Of a stretch of DNA of 64,000 nucleotides, positions 29,015-39,589 are shown one piece after another. The translations under genes were made by a program, and so were the position numbers. The stretch comes from a candidate division WWE3 bacterium (GTDB taxonomy: Bacteria; Patescibacteriota; WWE3; UBA101185; UBA10185): positions 35,940-99,939 of the forward strand of contig QZJF01000017.1 of NCBI GenBank assembly GCA_003599255.1, written 5' to 3'. Every line of letters starts with the position of its first letter. Position 1 is the first letter of the stretch. Under the pieces are notes generated by a model. That model searched no databases, was not told the DNA's origin, and saw only the letters and a list, made by a program, of their open reading frames with translations.

Positions 29015-30463
29015 ATGGCAAAAAGTACAAAGTGGATTAACGTATTGCTCGTAATCATGGGCACATTGATGATGTTCAGCACTCCGTCTGATCCTGACTT
29101 CGGGTGGCACTATAAATATGGGGAACATTTTTTTTCTACAGGACAGCTGCTTAAGGAAAATATTTTTTCGTACACATATACCGATTATATGTGGGTCAAT
29201 TCTTACTGGCTTTTTGAATTGATTTTATTTTTTACGCACAGTTATTTTGGACACATAGTTCCTACGCTAATATTGGGTTTTGCGGCCAGTGTTTTTTGTC
29301 TAGCGATTATCAGAAAACTCGCCAAAAACGAGATTGCAGTATATCTAAGTTTTGTGTTGTTGGCGGGAATACTCAGCTCCTACAACATAACGGTCAGACC
29401 CCACTATTATAGTTCCCTGTTCATGTTATTTTTGCTTTATTCCCTTATCTTTGTCCCAAAACTTAAAATGTATCTTCCATTAATATTTTTATTTTGGGTT
29501 AACCTGCACGCGGAATTTGTGATAGGGCTTTTTGTCCTGGGAACGTACACATTTTTCGAAGCGATCCGGATGTATAGACAAAAGAGTCCGGTAAAGGACC
29601 TGGCAAGTCTGTTCGGGATACCTGCTCTTTGTGTGGCTGTAACACTTATAAACCCGAATGGGATTAATCTGCATATTACATTATTTAAAGAACTTACACT
29701 TCCGGTAAAAAGTTATGTTCAGGAGTGGTCGCATTACGATATTGAAAAATTCGAACGGTACATTACATATATTTTCATTTTGACTGTAGCCTTGGTAGGG
29801 GGATTCTACATGCGAAAAAAAGCCGGTCTATGGTACTTTCTGCTGGCAATATTTTTTGCACTGTTCTCCATAAAAGCAGTGTATATGATCAGAGTTATGT
29901 TTGTTGTGACTTTTTACGGATTTCTTCTTGGAACCGACAAATTTTTTACGGACCTTATGAACTTCCTAAATGACACCAACAAAGCAATCATAAGAAGATT
30001 CATTACTTATACTTATTACGGAGCGTTTCTTGTAGTCCTAGTGAACAGTCTTTGGAAAATAATGCTGGCTACTGACACAAGGTACTGGTCAATTAATCAC
30101 AAATATCCGTACGACGCCATTTCTTTTGTTAAGCAGAATCCAATTAAAGGCCGAATGCTAAACGCATACAACTGGGGGGGCTATCTGATTTGGCAACTAC
30201 CTGAATATCAGACCTTTATTGACGGAAGAATGACTTCATGGAGAGAAACGGATAATTATTTTATGAGCGACTATTACAGAATCCACGAGCCGAAAATTTT
30301 AAATAAATATGTTACTCAATATGGAATAACGTGGGTGATAGATTACCCCACCTCAAAGCTGGCAAAATATTTGAAACAACAGCCTGGGGAATGGGAAGAA
30401 TATTACAAGGACGAAAACAGTGTTATCTATGTAAAAAAAGACAGCAACTCAGAAACTATTTGA
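29015..30463 (+). CDS. polytopic membrane protein, GT-C glycosyltransferase-like
   Basis: 482 aa with ~11 TM helices and a C-terminal soluble domain (YNWGGYLIWQLPEYQTFIDGRMTSW). Confidence 0.45.
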   Translation: MAKSTKWINVLLVIMGTLMMFSTPSDPDFGWHYKYGEHFFSTGQLLKENIFSYTYTDYMWVNSYWLFELILFFTHSYFGHIVPTLILGFAASVFCLAIIRKLAKNEIAVYLSFVLLAGILSSYNITVRPHYYSSLFMLFLLYSLIFVPKLKMYLPLIFLFWVNLHAEFVIGLFVLGTYTFFEAIRMYRQKSPVKDLASLFGIPALCVAVTLINPNGINLHITLFKELTLPVKSYVQEWSHYDIEKFERYITYIFILTVALVGGFYMRKKAGLWYFLLAIFFALFSIKAVYMIRVMFVVTFYGFLLGTDKFFTDLMNFLNDTNKAIIRRFITYTYYGAFLVVLVNSLWKIMLATDTRYWSINHKYPYDAISFVKQNPIKGRMLNAYNWGGYLIWQLPEYQTFIDGRMTSWRETDNYFMSDYYRIHEPKILNKYVTQYGITWVIDYPTSKLAKYLKQQPGEWEEYYKDENSVIYVKKDSNSETI

Positions 30464-32135
30464 ATACATAAACTTCATACCGGGCATCTTTAAATATTTG
30501 TGTCGTTTGTTCCGCGTAATGCCTGTAAAAAAATTCCACAAAATATTTGCAACTACTGAACTCCTCTAGATTTTCTACGGACACACGTTCGATGACCACG
30601 GTCTTTATACCTAAGCTTCTTATTTTTTCCATAGTTTCAACATACAGTTGTTCGGGATTTTCCAGATCTCTATAATCAACCCCACATGTGATAGATCGCA
30701 GATTTTCCGCCAAATAGGAATTGGCTTTGGGTCCTGCGGCGGATTGATTTATCGCTCCGTCCAAAAGTTTTTTCCCTGAATATGAAATAAACATGTTCCT
30801 CTCAAAATGCCTGATTGAGACAGGCAATACTAAAATCGCCTCGCCCGGACTCTGTCTTATGACGGAAAGCATCTCTACGGGAATTTCTGTTTTATAAGGA
30901 ATTTTAACGTAGAAAAAAGTTGAAATAACTGTTAAAACCACAAACAAATAAACGTTATTTTTATTCAGAAAAGAGGGTAGCAACAAAACAAGCAATGAAA
31001 TTAATAATTGGAGAACTATGGTAAATCTGACACCTTCATAATATCCGGGCAACTGCAACAGGGCCGCGCTCAGCAGGATGTAAGCCGTCGTGAAACCCAA
31101 CAACGTAAATTGTACGGGTTTTTTACCGGAAAAAAAGAGAAAATATAGCCAAAACAAAAGGGCTGGAACCCCCAAAAATATTACTTTTTCGATGTGCGGG
31201 GGAGAATTATTAAATGAGGTCAGCCATCCGGACAGAAATGAATTCGGTACGAGAAAATCGATCAAGCGGACATCAAAAGTGAAGTTTTTGAAAATGATTA
31301 AATCACCGGTGAAGAGTCCGAACACAAATCCTCCGAACATAAACAGAAATAGAACCATAAATCCTGAAAAAATAATAAAGAATACCCCAAAAGTACCGGT
31401 TAGTTGTCCAATTATTTTATTGAATGTTTTTATAAAGGTATTTTTTGTGGTCAGCAAAAAAAATGCTGCGATAGCGACGGCTATGTAAGCAAGTATTATT
31501 AGATACTGAAGTGACCCAAATGCTATTGCTAAGATCCCTGTAAAAAGTCGGGCGTAGTCCTTGTAATCAAAAGGGATGTCATTCCTTAATTTTCTTTCGA
31601 AAACCGCAATACTGTAAATAAGAACAGGAAATCCACCTATAAAAGCCAGGTTTAAATGTCCGAGAATTCTGGCAAGAAAATAAGGAGATAAGGCAAACAA
31701 AAAAGCGCTAAGAACCGGTCTTCCACCTGCAAGATCGTCGATGTTGTAGAGTTTGCCGATCTTGTTAAAAAAAACCAGAGAAAGAAAAATGTTTGTCATG
31801 AATATTAGAAATATGACCAAATTAAATGCAACCGTGTGCTCAAGAAATATACTTAACAGGGCGCCTGTTAATATTGCAAACAAGCCATCGGTGTTTAATC
31901 TGAAATTTATCCCGAGGGGATATCGCATAAAGTCTGTACCTGCAAAGGGATCTGAGAATGTCAAAATGTTTCTTTTTACAATATCGAAAAAAGAAATAAA
32001 TATGAAAGAATCCGGCTCACCGGATATTATTTCCCGTTGAATATTGATTGTGAAAATTCCTGAGAGTGAAATTGCTAAAACTAAGGCGATCAAAAAATAC
32101 AAAAGATTTATTTTTCCGAAAGTTAACTTTTCCAT
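30456..32135 (-). CDS. polytopic membrane protein (paralog of 33305..34972), GT-C-like
   Basis: Shares FAGTDFMRYPLGINFRLNTDGLFAIL and ARILGHLNLAFIGGFPVLIY blocks with the 33305 gene. Confidence 0.45.
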   Translation of the reverse strand: MEKLTFGKINLLYFLIALVLAISLSGIFTINIQREIISGEPDSFIFISFFDIVKRNILTFSDPFAGTDFMRYPLGINFRLNTDGLFAILTGALLSIFLEHTVAFNLVIFLIFMTNIFLSLVFFNKIGKLYNIDDLAGGRPVLSAFLFALSPYFLARILGHLNLAFIGGFPVLIYSIAVFERKLRNDIPFDYKDYARLFTGILAIAFGSLQYLIILAYIAVAIAAFFLLTTKNTFIKTFNKIIGQLTGTFGVFFIIFSGFMVLFLFMFGGFVFGLFTGDLIIFKNFTFDVRLIDFLVPNSFLSGWLTSFNNSPPHIEKVIFLGVPALLFWLYFLFFSGKKPVQFTLLGFTTAYILLSAALLQLPGYYEGVRFTIVLQLLISLLVLLLPSFLNKNNVYLFVVLTVISTFFYVKIPYKTEIPVEMLSVIRQSPGEAILVLPVSIRHFERNMFISYSGKKLLDGAINQSAAGPKANSYLAENLRSITCGVDYRDLENPEQLYVETMEKIRSLGIKTVVIERVSVENLEEFSSCKYFVEFFYRHYAEQTTQIFKDARYEVYVFK

Positions 32136-33308
32136 TTAGATAAAACCTTCCCGTGCGGATTTATTGATTTTGGAACTCAATAGCAAAAAGTACGAGGCGG
32201 CTGCCAATAATAATAGCGGATTCAGCCCCACCGTTTTCCCCCAAAAAATTCCTGTTGTTACATAAATCAATACCAACGCAAAAAGATTTGCTGATTCCTT
32301 TCTTCTTTTGAAGAGATACAACATCGGGAGAAGGGTGATGCTAAGATCCTGAATTTGTATATGGGGTGACAAAAATAGAAACATATATATTGATGCCATC
32401 CAAAGATTCAGGGTGTCTGCTTTATTCCTTAGTAGATAAAGCACACCAAGGAAAGCCAAATACAATGGTATCTTTATATAAAAACCGACACCTTCCCCGA
32501 AAAATTTCCCAGTTAAACTCTCCGAAGAAAAAATGTGTCCACTGAATGTTCCGTAAGCTTCCGATTCCGTCGTCATTAAAAATTCCGGGTAACCCAGCAG
32601 TGCCCTCCCTGAAATCATGAAGTTCATCAACATCAATAGAAGCAAAGAAGGAACGAGTCCCTTTAAAAATTTACGTATTGCGGAAATATCCAAAGTCGTC
32701 ATAAATAAAGGGAGCAGTAATAGATAATTGAATTTTAGCAACAACAGAGAAGAGAACATTCCGGCATAGAAATATCTCTTACTATGTACGCAATATAAAA
32801 TACCGGAAATTATGAGCAGAAGAACAATACTAAACTGGCCCAACGAAAGTGTGAGAAATACCGGGGCATATCCCAGAGACATTATAAGGAATGCCCAATA
32901 ATCTCGGGAAAACACTCGAAGAAAAATACCTGCAAGGATCCCCAACACCACGACGCTTATGAGAACAAATAATAAAAACCCGGTTTTTACGTCCAACAGA
33001 AGAAACGGAAAATATACTAATGCACCGAATGGTAAATTCCTGAAAGGAAGAAGGAACTTCAAAGCAGAGTTTTCAAACACCTCCTTTTGATAATATTCCT
33101 GAACAGATAAGTCATATAATTCATTGCCACGACCATCCGCGATAATTTTGGCCCCCATGAGCTGCGGAATGAAATCCTGTATTAGGTACTGTTTTGACGA
33201 AAAACTCCATATCAAAATTGTTCCTCTCTGGAGTACAGCTAACACAACGAATATAATTAAAAACGTAAGCAATATAGCATTAACATTAAAGATTTTGCGG
33301 TCCATCAT
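32136..33308 (-). CDS. polytopic membrane protein (glycosyltransferase-like, DUF2029-type architecture)
   Basis: 390 aa that is almost entirely TM helices. It is contiguous with the flanking membrane-protein genes. Confidence 0.4.
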   Translation of the reverse strand: MMDRKIFNVNAILLTFLIIFVVLAVLQRGTILIWSFSSKQYLIQDFIPQLMGAKIIADGRGNELYDLSVQEYYQKEVFENSALKFLLPFRNLPFGALVYFPFLLLDVKTGFLLFVLISVVVLGILAGIFLRVFSRDYWAFLIMSLGYAPVFLTLSLGQFSIVLLLIISGILYCVHSKRYFYAGMFSSLLLLKFNYLLLLPLFMTTLDISAIRKFLKGLVPSLLLLMLMNFMISGRALLGYPEFLMTTESEAYGTFSGHIFSSESLTGKFFGEGVGFYIKIPLYLAFLGVLYLLRNKADTLNLWMASIYMFLFLSPHIQIQDLSITLLPMLYLFKRRKESANLFALVLIYVTTGIFWGKTVGLNPLLLLAAASYFLLLSSKINKSAREGFI

Positions 33309-34972
33309 CTTTTCTTGATTAAATATATATCGTATATCTGTGTGCTTTCCACAAGTTCCAATTCACTGATGATTGCCTCCAGGTTCTGCCTGGCATACAC
33401 ACACTCAGACATGTTTATGTTGGGGTATCTGTCTTTAATAACAACCACAACACGGGTGTCGTTGAGTTCCATATATTCCCAAAAGACCTCCGGATCCGAT
33501 GCAGGATCCTTGTAAATATCCCTTATATATATTTCTTCGAAAACACAGGTAAATCTGGCTATGGGAGAGACGGCAAGTTTTTTGTAAAAATCCGTTGTAT
33601 TTGCCATATGATGCATATGTCCGTCATACAGACTTTTGGAAGTATACAAAAGAATATAATTCCTGAACGCATCTCTGGTAGTAACCGGTATTACCAATAC
33701 GGTACTGCCCGGAAGTTCTTGCATCGTCTCCCCAAGTCGGTAAGGTGTTTCCGTTGAATAAACCGTAAAAGTTAACCTTTCCAGGAGGATTAATGACAAA
33801 ATTAAAAATCCCAAAGTCTTTTTCTTGAACAAGTCTGACAATAGCAGCATAACCGCAAATAGTAAGGTGGCCAATACAACAGAGCGGGGAGGCTCCGTGT
33901 ACAAAGGGATTTTGAGAACATTTGTACCTGCCGCAGAAAATAAAACACAAAAGATAGTTATTAATATTCTCAAGTTCCGATTTTTAATCCGAACAAACAA
34001 AATAAAGAAAATAACCAGCTCGATTACTCCTATGGAAGCTATGTGCTCTATACCGATTGTAGATGGGTTTAGATTGCGCCAAAATTTCCCGAGGTATCCG
34101 TTTGGGAGAAATAAATCGTACACAGAACCCGTATAAGGAAAGGTAGGCAACGAAACATTTTCCTCAAAAAAAGTGACAACGTATCCCTTAAAAAATGCCG
34201 TAAAAACAACAGTAAACATCAGAAATGACAACAATAGTCCAACCACATTAGAGAAAAGGAAATATTTTACTGCAGAAAAAATTCTTTCAACCGATATCCG
34301 GTAGATAACAACGTAAATCGTAGAAAAGATGACCGAAACCCAAAGCAATAGAATCAAGTACTGTATGCTCCCTAACGAGACCAGCATAAGACCTGTAAAG
34401 AACTTGGCGTAATCCCACGCATTAGTTTTTTCTTCGGATGTAATCTTTGAAATCAAAGCATAAGACCAATAAACCAAAGCAGGAAAACCTCCTACAAAGG
34501 CCAAGCTGGGGTGGCCGTTTAATCTTGCTACGACAAATGGAGATAGGGCAAATGCTATTCCCGCGGAGATAACTGCCAAAAAAGTTTCCGGGGTTTCTGA
34601 ATCATCTTTGATGGCAGTGCGAATTTTTTCGAAGAAAATAAACGACAGAAGTAAGTTCAGAAAGACGATAGCCAAAATTACCAGGTTGTAGCTCACAATG
34701 ATGGGGAAAAACATGCTCAAAACTGCCCCCAAAAGAATGGCAAAGGCGCCGTCATTTGTACGTGTAAAATCGAATCCATAAGGAAAGTGCAGCCTTGTAT
34801 TGCCCGTAAAAAAATATTTTCCTTCCTGAATGTTGTCTCCTGCCATATCCATATGAAGCGCAAATTGGGCTGAATCTCCTCCGTCTCCCAAGAGTTCAGT
34901 ATTTATATCAACAAAGGGCAATTTTGTAATAAGCATGGCGAGTATTAAACTGATTAATATCTTCTTAATCAT
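33305..34972 (-). CDS. polytopic membrane protein (paralog of 30456..32135), GT-C-like
   Basis: Start placed at the internal ATG (MIKKILISL...) because the upstream extension overlaps the next gene. It has paralog blocks FTGNTRLHFPYGFDFTRTNDGAFAIL and ARLNGHPSLAFVGGFPALVY. Confidence 0.45.
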   Translation of the reverse strand: MIKKILISLILAMLITKLPFVDINTELLGDGGDSAQFALHMDMAGDNIQEGKYFFTGNTRLHFPYGFDFTRTNDGAFAILLGAVLSMFFPIIVSYNLVILAIVFLNLLLSFIFFEKIRTAIKDDSETPETFLAVISAGIAFALSPFVVARLNGHPSLAFVGGFPALVYWSYALISKITSEEKTNAWDYAKFFTGLMLVSLGSIQYLILLLWVSVIFSTIYVVIYRISVERIFSAVKYFLFSNVVGLLLSFLMFTVVFTAFFKGYVVTFFEENVSLPTFPYTGSVYDLFLPNGYLGKFWRNLNPSTIGIEHIASIGVIELVIFFILFVRIKNRNLRILITIFCVLFSAAGTNVLKIPLYTEPPRSVVLATLLFAVMLLLSDLFKKKTLGFLILSLILLERLTFTVYSTETPYRLGETMQELPGSTVLVIPVTTRDAFRNYILLYTSKSLYDGHMHHMANTTDFYKKLAVSPIARFTCVFEEIYIRDIYKDPASDPEVFWEYMELNDTRVVVVIKDRYPNINMSECVYARQNLEAIISELELVESTQIYDIYLIKKR

Positions 34973-36561
34973 CAATATATGTCTTTTAAGAAAATTTCTC
35001 TGTTCTCCGATGTTAGTATACAAACCGGGGCAATATTTACACCTTGCAACATTTCGTTTATTTCATGTCTTTCAAGATTTTCACCTAATTTGTACTTGGA
35101 TATACCTGTATAACCGTTTAATGTAGGTGTATTTAGGTCCATGCCGGCCCACATGGCATGAATATGTTCAGCGATATATAGTTCCTGTTCGGGGCTTGTT
35201 TCCAGATAAAAAACGCCACATTCATAGGTTTCCACAATATTCCCGACCTTATCCACATAGGTTAACGCCGTATCCTTGCTTACACTGGATTTAAAAAAAA
35301 CAAGTTGTTCTGCAATGAAAAAAACGATTAGAGAAAAATAAAATATTTTGAATAAAATGCTTCCTTGGTATTTTCTTACAAAATGGCTAAGCATAATCGC
35401 GAAGGCAGTGTATAGATAAAAATAAGCAATAACCCAAATCCTGGATACGTATCTGATTCCGTCGGCACCCGGAACAGTGTGATAAAAAAAGTACCAAAGC
35501 GAGTAGCCGTTTATCCGAAGTGAAATAAGCAATAACAGTAAGCCAACAATTGTAAAAGATTTTATCAGTCCGGAAAACTCCCGATTGTCCTTAATCCTGA
35601 ACAAATAAACAATACCGCCAACAACTGAACTAAACAGAAACAAACCGTTGAATAGGTACTGTTCCAAAGTGGGTTTTATTAATATTGGCAGGTGTTTTAG
35701 TAACGGATACCAAATATTCGTGATTGGAACGAGAAAGTATGAGTAAGGAGAGGCAAGATTATCTCTGATATTTGACCAGTCCCACAGATCTCTGTAACGA
35801 AAACTAGTAAATATATAGGGAGCCCAGAAAACACCAAATATTAGAACCCATATAAAGAGATGGACCGCTACTTTCTTCTTCCTCTCGGCTACAAATTTTA
35901 GAACCTTCCTGAAATCATCCTGCATGAAAACGGGAAGAGCCAAAATTAGAAATCCCAGACTCAATATTAAAAACCATCCAAGATAATAACCCGCAGCCGC
36001 TTGCATAAAGACAAGAAAAATGAAAGCGTTCATATCTTTAATGGCGGGTCGTCGCAGAAATCTATACAAAAAAATAAATGCAAGAGGCGTGAAGAATTGT
36101 GGCAGAAGCTGAGGGTGAGATAGCTGGATAACTCGGGATATTCCGAAAACATATACAAAAGATGTAACAGCTGCAACAGAAGGGTGCACTTTGATATGAC
36201 GCAACCAAATTATCATGGCAACATAGGTGAGAACACTAACTGATATTTCCCAAAGCTCAAAAGACGTTACCCAATCAAACATGGTTCTAAATATCCAATA
36301 GAGCGGCGCGGCCCCGAGCAGATTGTCCGAATAAGTTGTTACGAGTTTTGTCGGATAAAAAAAGGCGGGAGAATAAAATGAAGCATCATATGAAGTATCA
36401 AAGAAAGACTTATAGCCATGCTCAAGTACAAATGCGTTAAAGTAGGCATCACCTAGATTAGGTTGTAAATTGTTAAATCCCGAACTTATTGATGGATAGA
36501 AAAGATTAAATACACCGATAACACCAACTAAAACATATAAAACTACATTTCCAGCTCGCAT
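34972..36561 (-). CDS. polytopic membrane protein, GT-C-like
   Basis: 529 aa with more than 10 TM helices and a C-terminal soluble domain. Confidence 0.45.
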   Translation of the reverse strand: MRAGNVVLYVLVGVIGVFNLFYPSISSGFNNLQPNLGDAYFNAFVLEHGYKSFFDTSYDASFYSPAFFYPTKLVTTYSDNLLGAAPLYWIFRTMFDWVTSFELWEISVSVLTYVAMIIWLRHIKVHPSVAAVTSFVYVFGISRVIQLSHPQLLPQFFTPLAFIFLYRFLRRPAIKDMNAFIFLVFMQAAAGYYLGWFLILSLGFLILALPVFMQDDFRKVLKFVAERKKKVAVHLFIWVLIFGVFWAPYIFTSFRYRDLWDWSNIRDNLASPYSYFLVPITNIWYPLLKHLPILIKPTLEQYLFNGLFLFSSVVGGIVYLFRIKDNREFSGLIKSFTIVGLLLLLISLRINGYSLWYFFYHTVPGADGIRYVSRIWVIAYFYLYTAFAIMLSHFVRKYQGSILFKIFYFSLIVFFIAEQLVFFKSSVSKDTALTYVDKVGNIVETYECGVFYLETSPEQELYIAEHIHAMWAGMDLNTPTLNGYTGISKYKLGENLERHEINEMLQGVNIAPVCILTSENREIFLKDIY

Positions 36562-36617
36562 ATTATCCTATTGTACTTAGATTTTAATAAATAACCTAAA
36601 TGTTATAATAATGGCGT

Positions 36618-37184
36618 ATGTCAGCACTATCTTCATTTATTGAAAACCCAAGAAATACCATGTACGACGGTGAAGATAATGACGAGAAAATCCTGTATGT
36701 GATACGCAGAAGTAGAATAACAAATCTCTCCTGGATCCTACTGGCAGTAATAATGTTTTTTGTGCCCTTTTTGGCTAACCCGTTCCTGAGAAGCTTTAAA
36801 GTCGCAGGGGTCAGTCTTGTTTCAATAAAATTTGTGATCATATTTACCTTGTCTTGGTATCTGGCCACAATAGGTCTGGCATTCTTTAACTTCCTAAACT
36901 GGTACTTTAACGTCTATGTAATTACCAACAAGAAAATTATTGATTTCGACTTTTTCGGAATCACTTACAAAAACATTACCGAAACTACTCTGTATAACGT
37001 AGAAGATGTGACCTCCACCATAAGCGGCCCCTTCCATACCATTTTTAATATTGGCGATGTATTTATTCAAACAGCAGGTGAAAAGAGAGAGTTTGATTTT
37101 GTCCTGGTAGATAACCCCGGGAAAGTAAGGGATATTATTTCGGATTTAGTTGCGGAAAAAAGGGATCACCATGGAAATAACTAA
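36618..37184 (+). CDS. membrane protein with PH-like (YdbT/bPH_2-type) domain
   Basis: Two TM helices followed by a ~100-aa domain ending FIQTAGEKREFDFVLVDNPGKV, typical of bacterial PH domain proteins. Confidence 0.4.
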   Translation: MSALSSFIENPRNTMYDGEDNDEKILYVIRRSRITNLSWILLAVIMFFVPFLANPFLRSFKVAGVSLVSIKFVIIFTLSWYLATIGLAFFNFLNWYFNVYVITNKKIIDFDFFGITYKNITETTLYNVEDVTSTISGPFHTIFNIGDVFIQTAGEKREFDFVLVDNPGKVRDIISDLVAEKRDHHGNN

Positions 37185-37410
37185 TTCAATGTTAAACTTA
37201 TTCTCGCCTCAGGGATTTAGCAGCATCATGCAAATGTTGGCTATGTTCATACAGGTTGTCTATGTTCTGTTTAGTTTTATGTTGACCAGACAAGTTAAGA
37301 TTATGAACCGAAGTTTCTCGACCAGCATGGCTACTCCGTTTTCATTCTTTGCTAATCTCCACTTTTTGGTTGCCGTTGCTTTAGTTATAATGTCGCTGAT
37401 TATCTTATAA
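37150..37410 (+). CDS. small hypothetical membrane protein
   Basis: 86 aa with two hydrophobic helices. It overlaps its neighbours by a few nt, suggesting an operon. Confidence 0.3.
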   Translation: MRKKGITMEITNSMLNLFSPQGFSSIMQMLAMFIQVVYVLFSFMLTRQVKIMNRSFSTSMATPFSFFANLHFLVAVALVIMSLIIL

Positions 37411-39137
37411 TGAATAAAAAATTAACTGCTAAAACTCAATACCTGAACCCCATTCTAGGTGAGAATATCATGAGCTTCTCTAGAGCAATGACCGTTACTC
37501 CGGACAGCGACGAGTTAATGCTAAAAAAAGGTACGTTATATGCGATCGTCAGCGTTGCCGGAAATTCAGCTTATGATCCTGAATTGGTTTCAAAAGTAGT
37601 TTCCGATGTGCTCCATGAATCTTATTATCAATCCGATAACATTTCTCCCACGCAATCATTAGAGAAAGCAATAGTAGATGTACGCGACAAAGTTCTTCAG
37701 CTTTCAAATGAAACTATCAGTCCGGAGGAACAGTCCAGTGTTTTTAGCATAATTACAGCTGTTTTGTGGGGAAATGTTCTTTACGTCGTACAATACGGAG
37801 ATGCCAAGGGATACGTAACACGGGCAGGCGAAATTAAACCCATAAATACTACACCGGAAGGTGCCTTTGCCGCATCTACCGGAGTGGTTAAAGACGAAGA
37901 TGTGATAATTCTCTGTTCCTCGGAATTCGGGAATAACTATCCGCCTGAAAGACTCTTGACGATGTCCATAGGGGAACAGGAGCTAAAACCCGGGGAAGCC
38001 TGTTTATTAATGAAATTCTTGGTGGACACAACCTTTACGCAGGATGAGATCGTAGATTTCGGAATTGATACAATCGTAAGCAAAAATAAGCCGGGCAGGG
38101 TTTTTTCTTCATTACTGGAAAGGCTTTCGGCACTGAAGAAACCGCGAAAAATTCAGGAAGAGAAACCCGAAACATTTTCAATCCGACTTAAAAGTCCTGA
38201 CAAAATCAAGATGCGATTTAAATTTAAAACCTGGATGCTCGTCCCGATCATACTAACAGCCTTAGCGGTATCTGTTTTTTACACTGTTAAAAATAGAGAT
38301 GAATCCGGGAACCTGGAGAGCCCTGAACAAAACACCGTTCTTTCCGAAACATCAACTGAAGTGGGGATGCCCCCCAACGAAGAGGTGGATGAAGAAGTAT
38401 TTTATGACATAAAGATCACTGATGCAGGAGCTTCCCCTAATAGTATCGCGGTGTTTTCAGACTATATCGTGGTATCGGATAAAAGTACCGGAAAAATTTA
38501 CAAATCTGGCGTGGAAACACCAAAATTTGAGGCCGTGGATGTTTCGTTTCCGGGGATAACAAACATGATCAATATCGGGGGAATGCTTGGATTTACAGAT
38601 AACGAAGGGTACAAAGTATTTGACCTGGAGGAAACTAAGACAACCGAAAGCTATGCTCAAGGCGATTTGGGGGCCACTTCGGCATATACTGACTTTGTAT
38701 ACACAATACAAGAAGACAAGATTACCAGATATTCCAAAGAGGAATCTGGACTAAGCGGAGTCCTCTGGGGCCAAAGTGCTGATTTTAAAGGAGCGCGTTC
38801 TCTTTCCGTAGCGTACAGTATATATGTACTTACTGAATCCGGAGGCCTGGTTAAGTTTACATCTGGTACGAAAGAGGACTTTCAGGTTTCCGGTGACAAT
38901 AGTGCCCTCTCCGATCCTATTCAGATATTGGCCGACATCGATTTCGATTATATTTATGTAGCAGATAAAGGAAATATGCGTGTGGCTGTGTTTGACGAGG
39001 AAGGGGAGTTTATAAGAGAATACCGGGCAAAAAAAGAGACCCGTTGGAATGATATGAGAGGGATAGGGGTTTCCCCTGACGAGAAAACTCTGTTTGTCCT
39101 AAGCGGTACCAGAGTATACAAAACGGCGCTTGAATAA
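37410..39137 (+). CDS. bitopic hypothetical protein with extracellular beta-propeller/NHL-like C-terminal region
   Basis: A TM helix near residue 270 (MLVPIILTALAVSVFYTV). The C-terminal region has repeated motifs (YIYVADKGNMRVAVFDEEGEFIREY). The alternative start at 37470 is noted. Confidence 0.4.
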   Translation: MNKKLTAKTQYLNPILGENIMSFSRAMTVTPDSDELMLKKGTLYAIVSVAGNSAYDPELVSKVVSDVLHESYYQSDNISPTQSLEKAIVDVRDKVLQLSNETISPEEQSSVFSIITAVLWGNVLYVVQYGDAKGYVTRAGEIKPINTTPEGAFAASTGVVKDEDVIILCSSEFGNNYPPERLLTMSIGEQELKPGEACLLMKFLVDTTFTQDEIVDFGIDTIVSKNKPGRVFSSLLERLSALKKPRKIQEEKPETFSIRLKSPDKIKMRFKFKTWMLVPIILTALAVSVFYTVKNRDESGNLESPEQNTVLSETSTEVGMPPNEEVDEEVFYDIKITDAGASPNSIAVFSDYIVVSDKSTGKIYKSGVETPKFEAVDVSFPGITNMINIGGMLGFTDNEGYKVFDLEETKTTESYAQGDLGATSAYTDFVYTIQEDKITRYSKEESGLSGVLWGQSADFKGARSLSVAYSIYVLTESGGLVKFTSGTKEDFQVSGDNSALSDPIQILADIDFDYIYVADKGNMRVAVFDEEGEFIREYRAKKETRWNDMRGIGVSPDEKTLFVLSGTRVYKTALE

Positions 39138-39235
39138 TCATCTAGTTGACCTTATTGCTTTAAGAAAGTAAAATACCAGTTATCCTGCTTGAAAGGCAGA
39201 GGGTAGACGCAAGTTTTACCCTTTAGTAAAGGCAC

Positions 39236-39589
39236 ATGCTTGAGAAAAGATTCATAATAGAAAATCTACAGAAAACATACTGCTATAGGTGCGGGACCAG
39301 TCTCGAAGGAGCTAAATTGATCACCATATCAGAAGCGCCGATAGCTTTGGTTGCGCATGCAGTATGCGCTATATGTAAAGCTGAAAGCATGGTCACAATT
39401 ACGCCTACCGGCAGTGGGAGCGTGCCCGTACAATCTGACTTGAATGGAGAAGAATTTAAAAAATTTATAGGGGCAAAAGCAGTTAGTTACGATGAGCTTC
39501 TTGATTTGCACGTTGCCCTAAAAAAGAAAAACATATGGAGCTTACTGGCCAAAAAAGAGAAAAAACCGGCAAACAAACGAAAAGCCTGA
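39236..39589 (+). CDS. hypothetical zinc-ribbon protein
   Basis: CYRC...CAIC pairs and a basic C-terminal tail. It overlaps the start of rplY in another frame. Confidence 0.3.
   Translation: MLEKRFIIENLQKTYCYRCGTSLEGAKLITISEAPIALVAHAVCAICKAESMVTITPTGSGSVPVQSDLNGEEFKKFIGAKAVSYDELLDLHVALKKKNIWSLLAKKEKKPANKRKA

Noticed and set aside
34972-35023. N-terminal 17-aa extension of ORF 33305..35023
   Set aside because: The extension would overlap the upstream gene by 52 nt. An internal ATG gives a tidy 1-nt overlap and a typical signal-anchor start.
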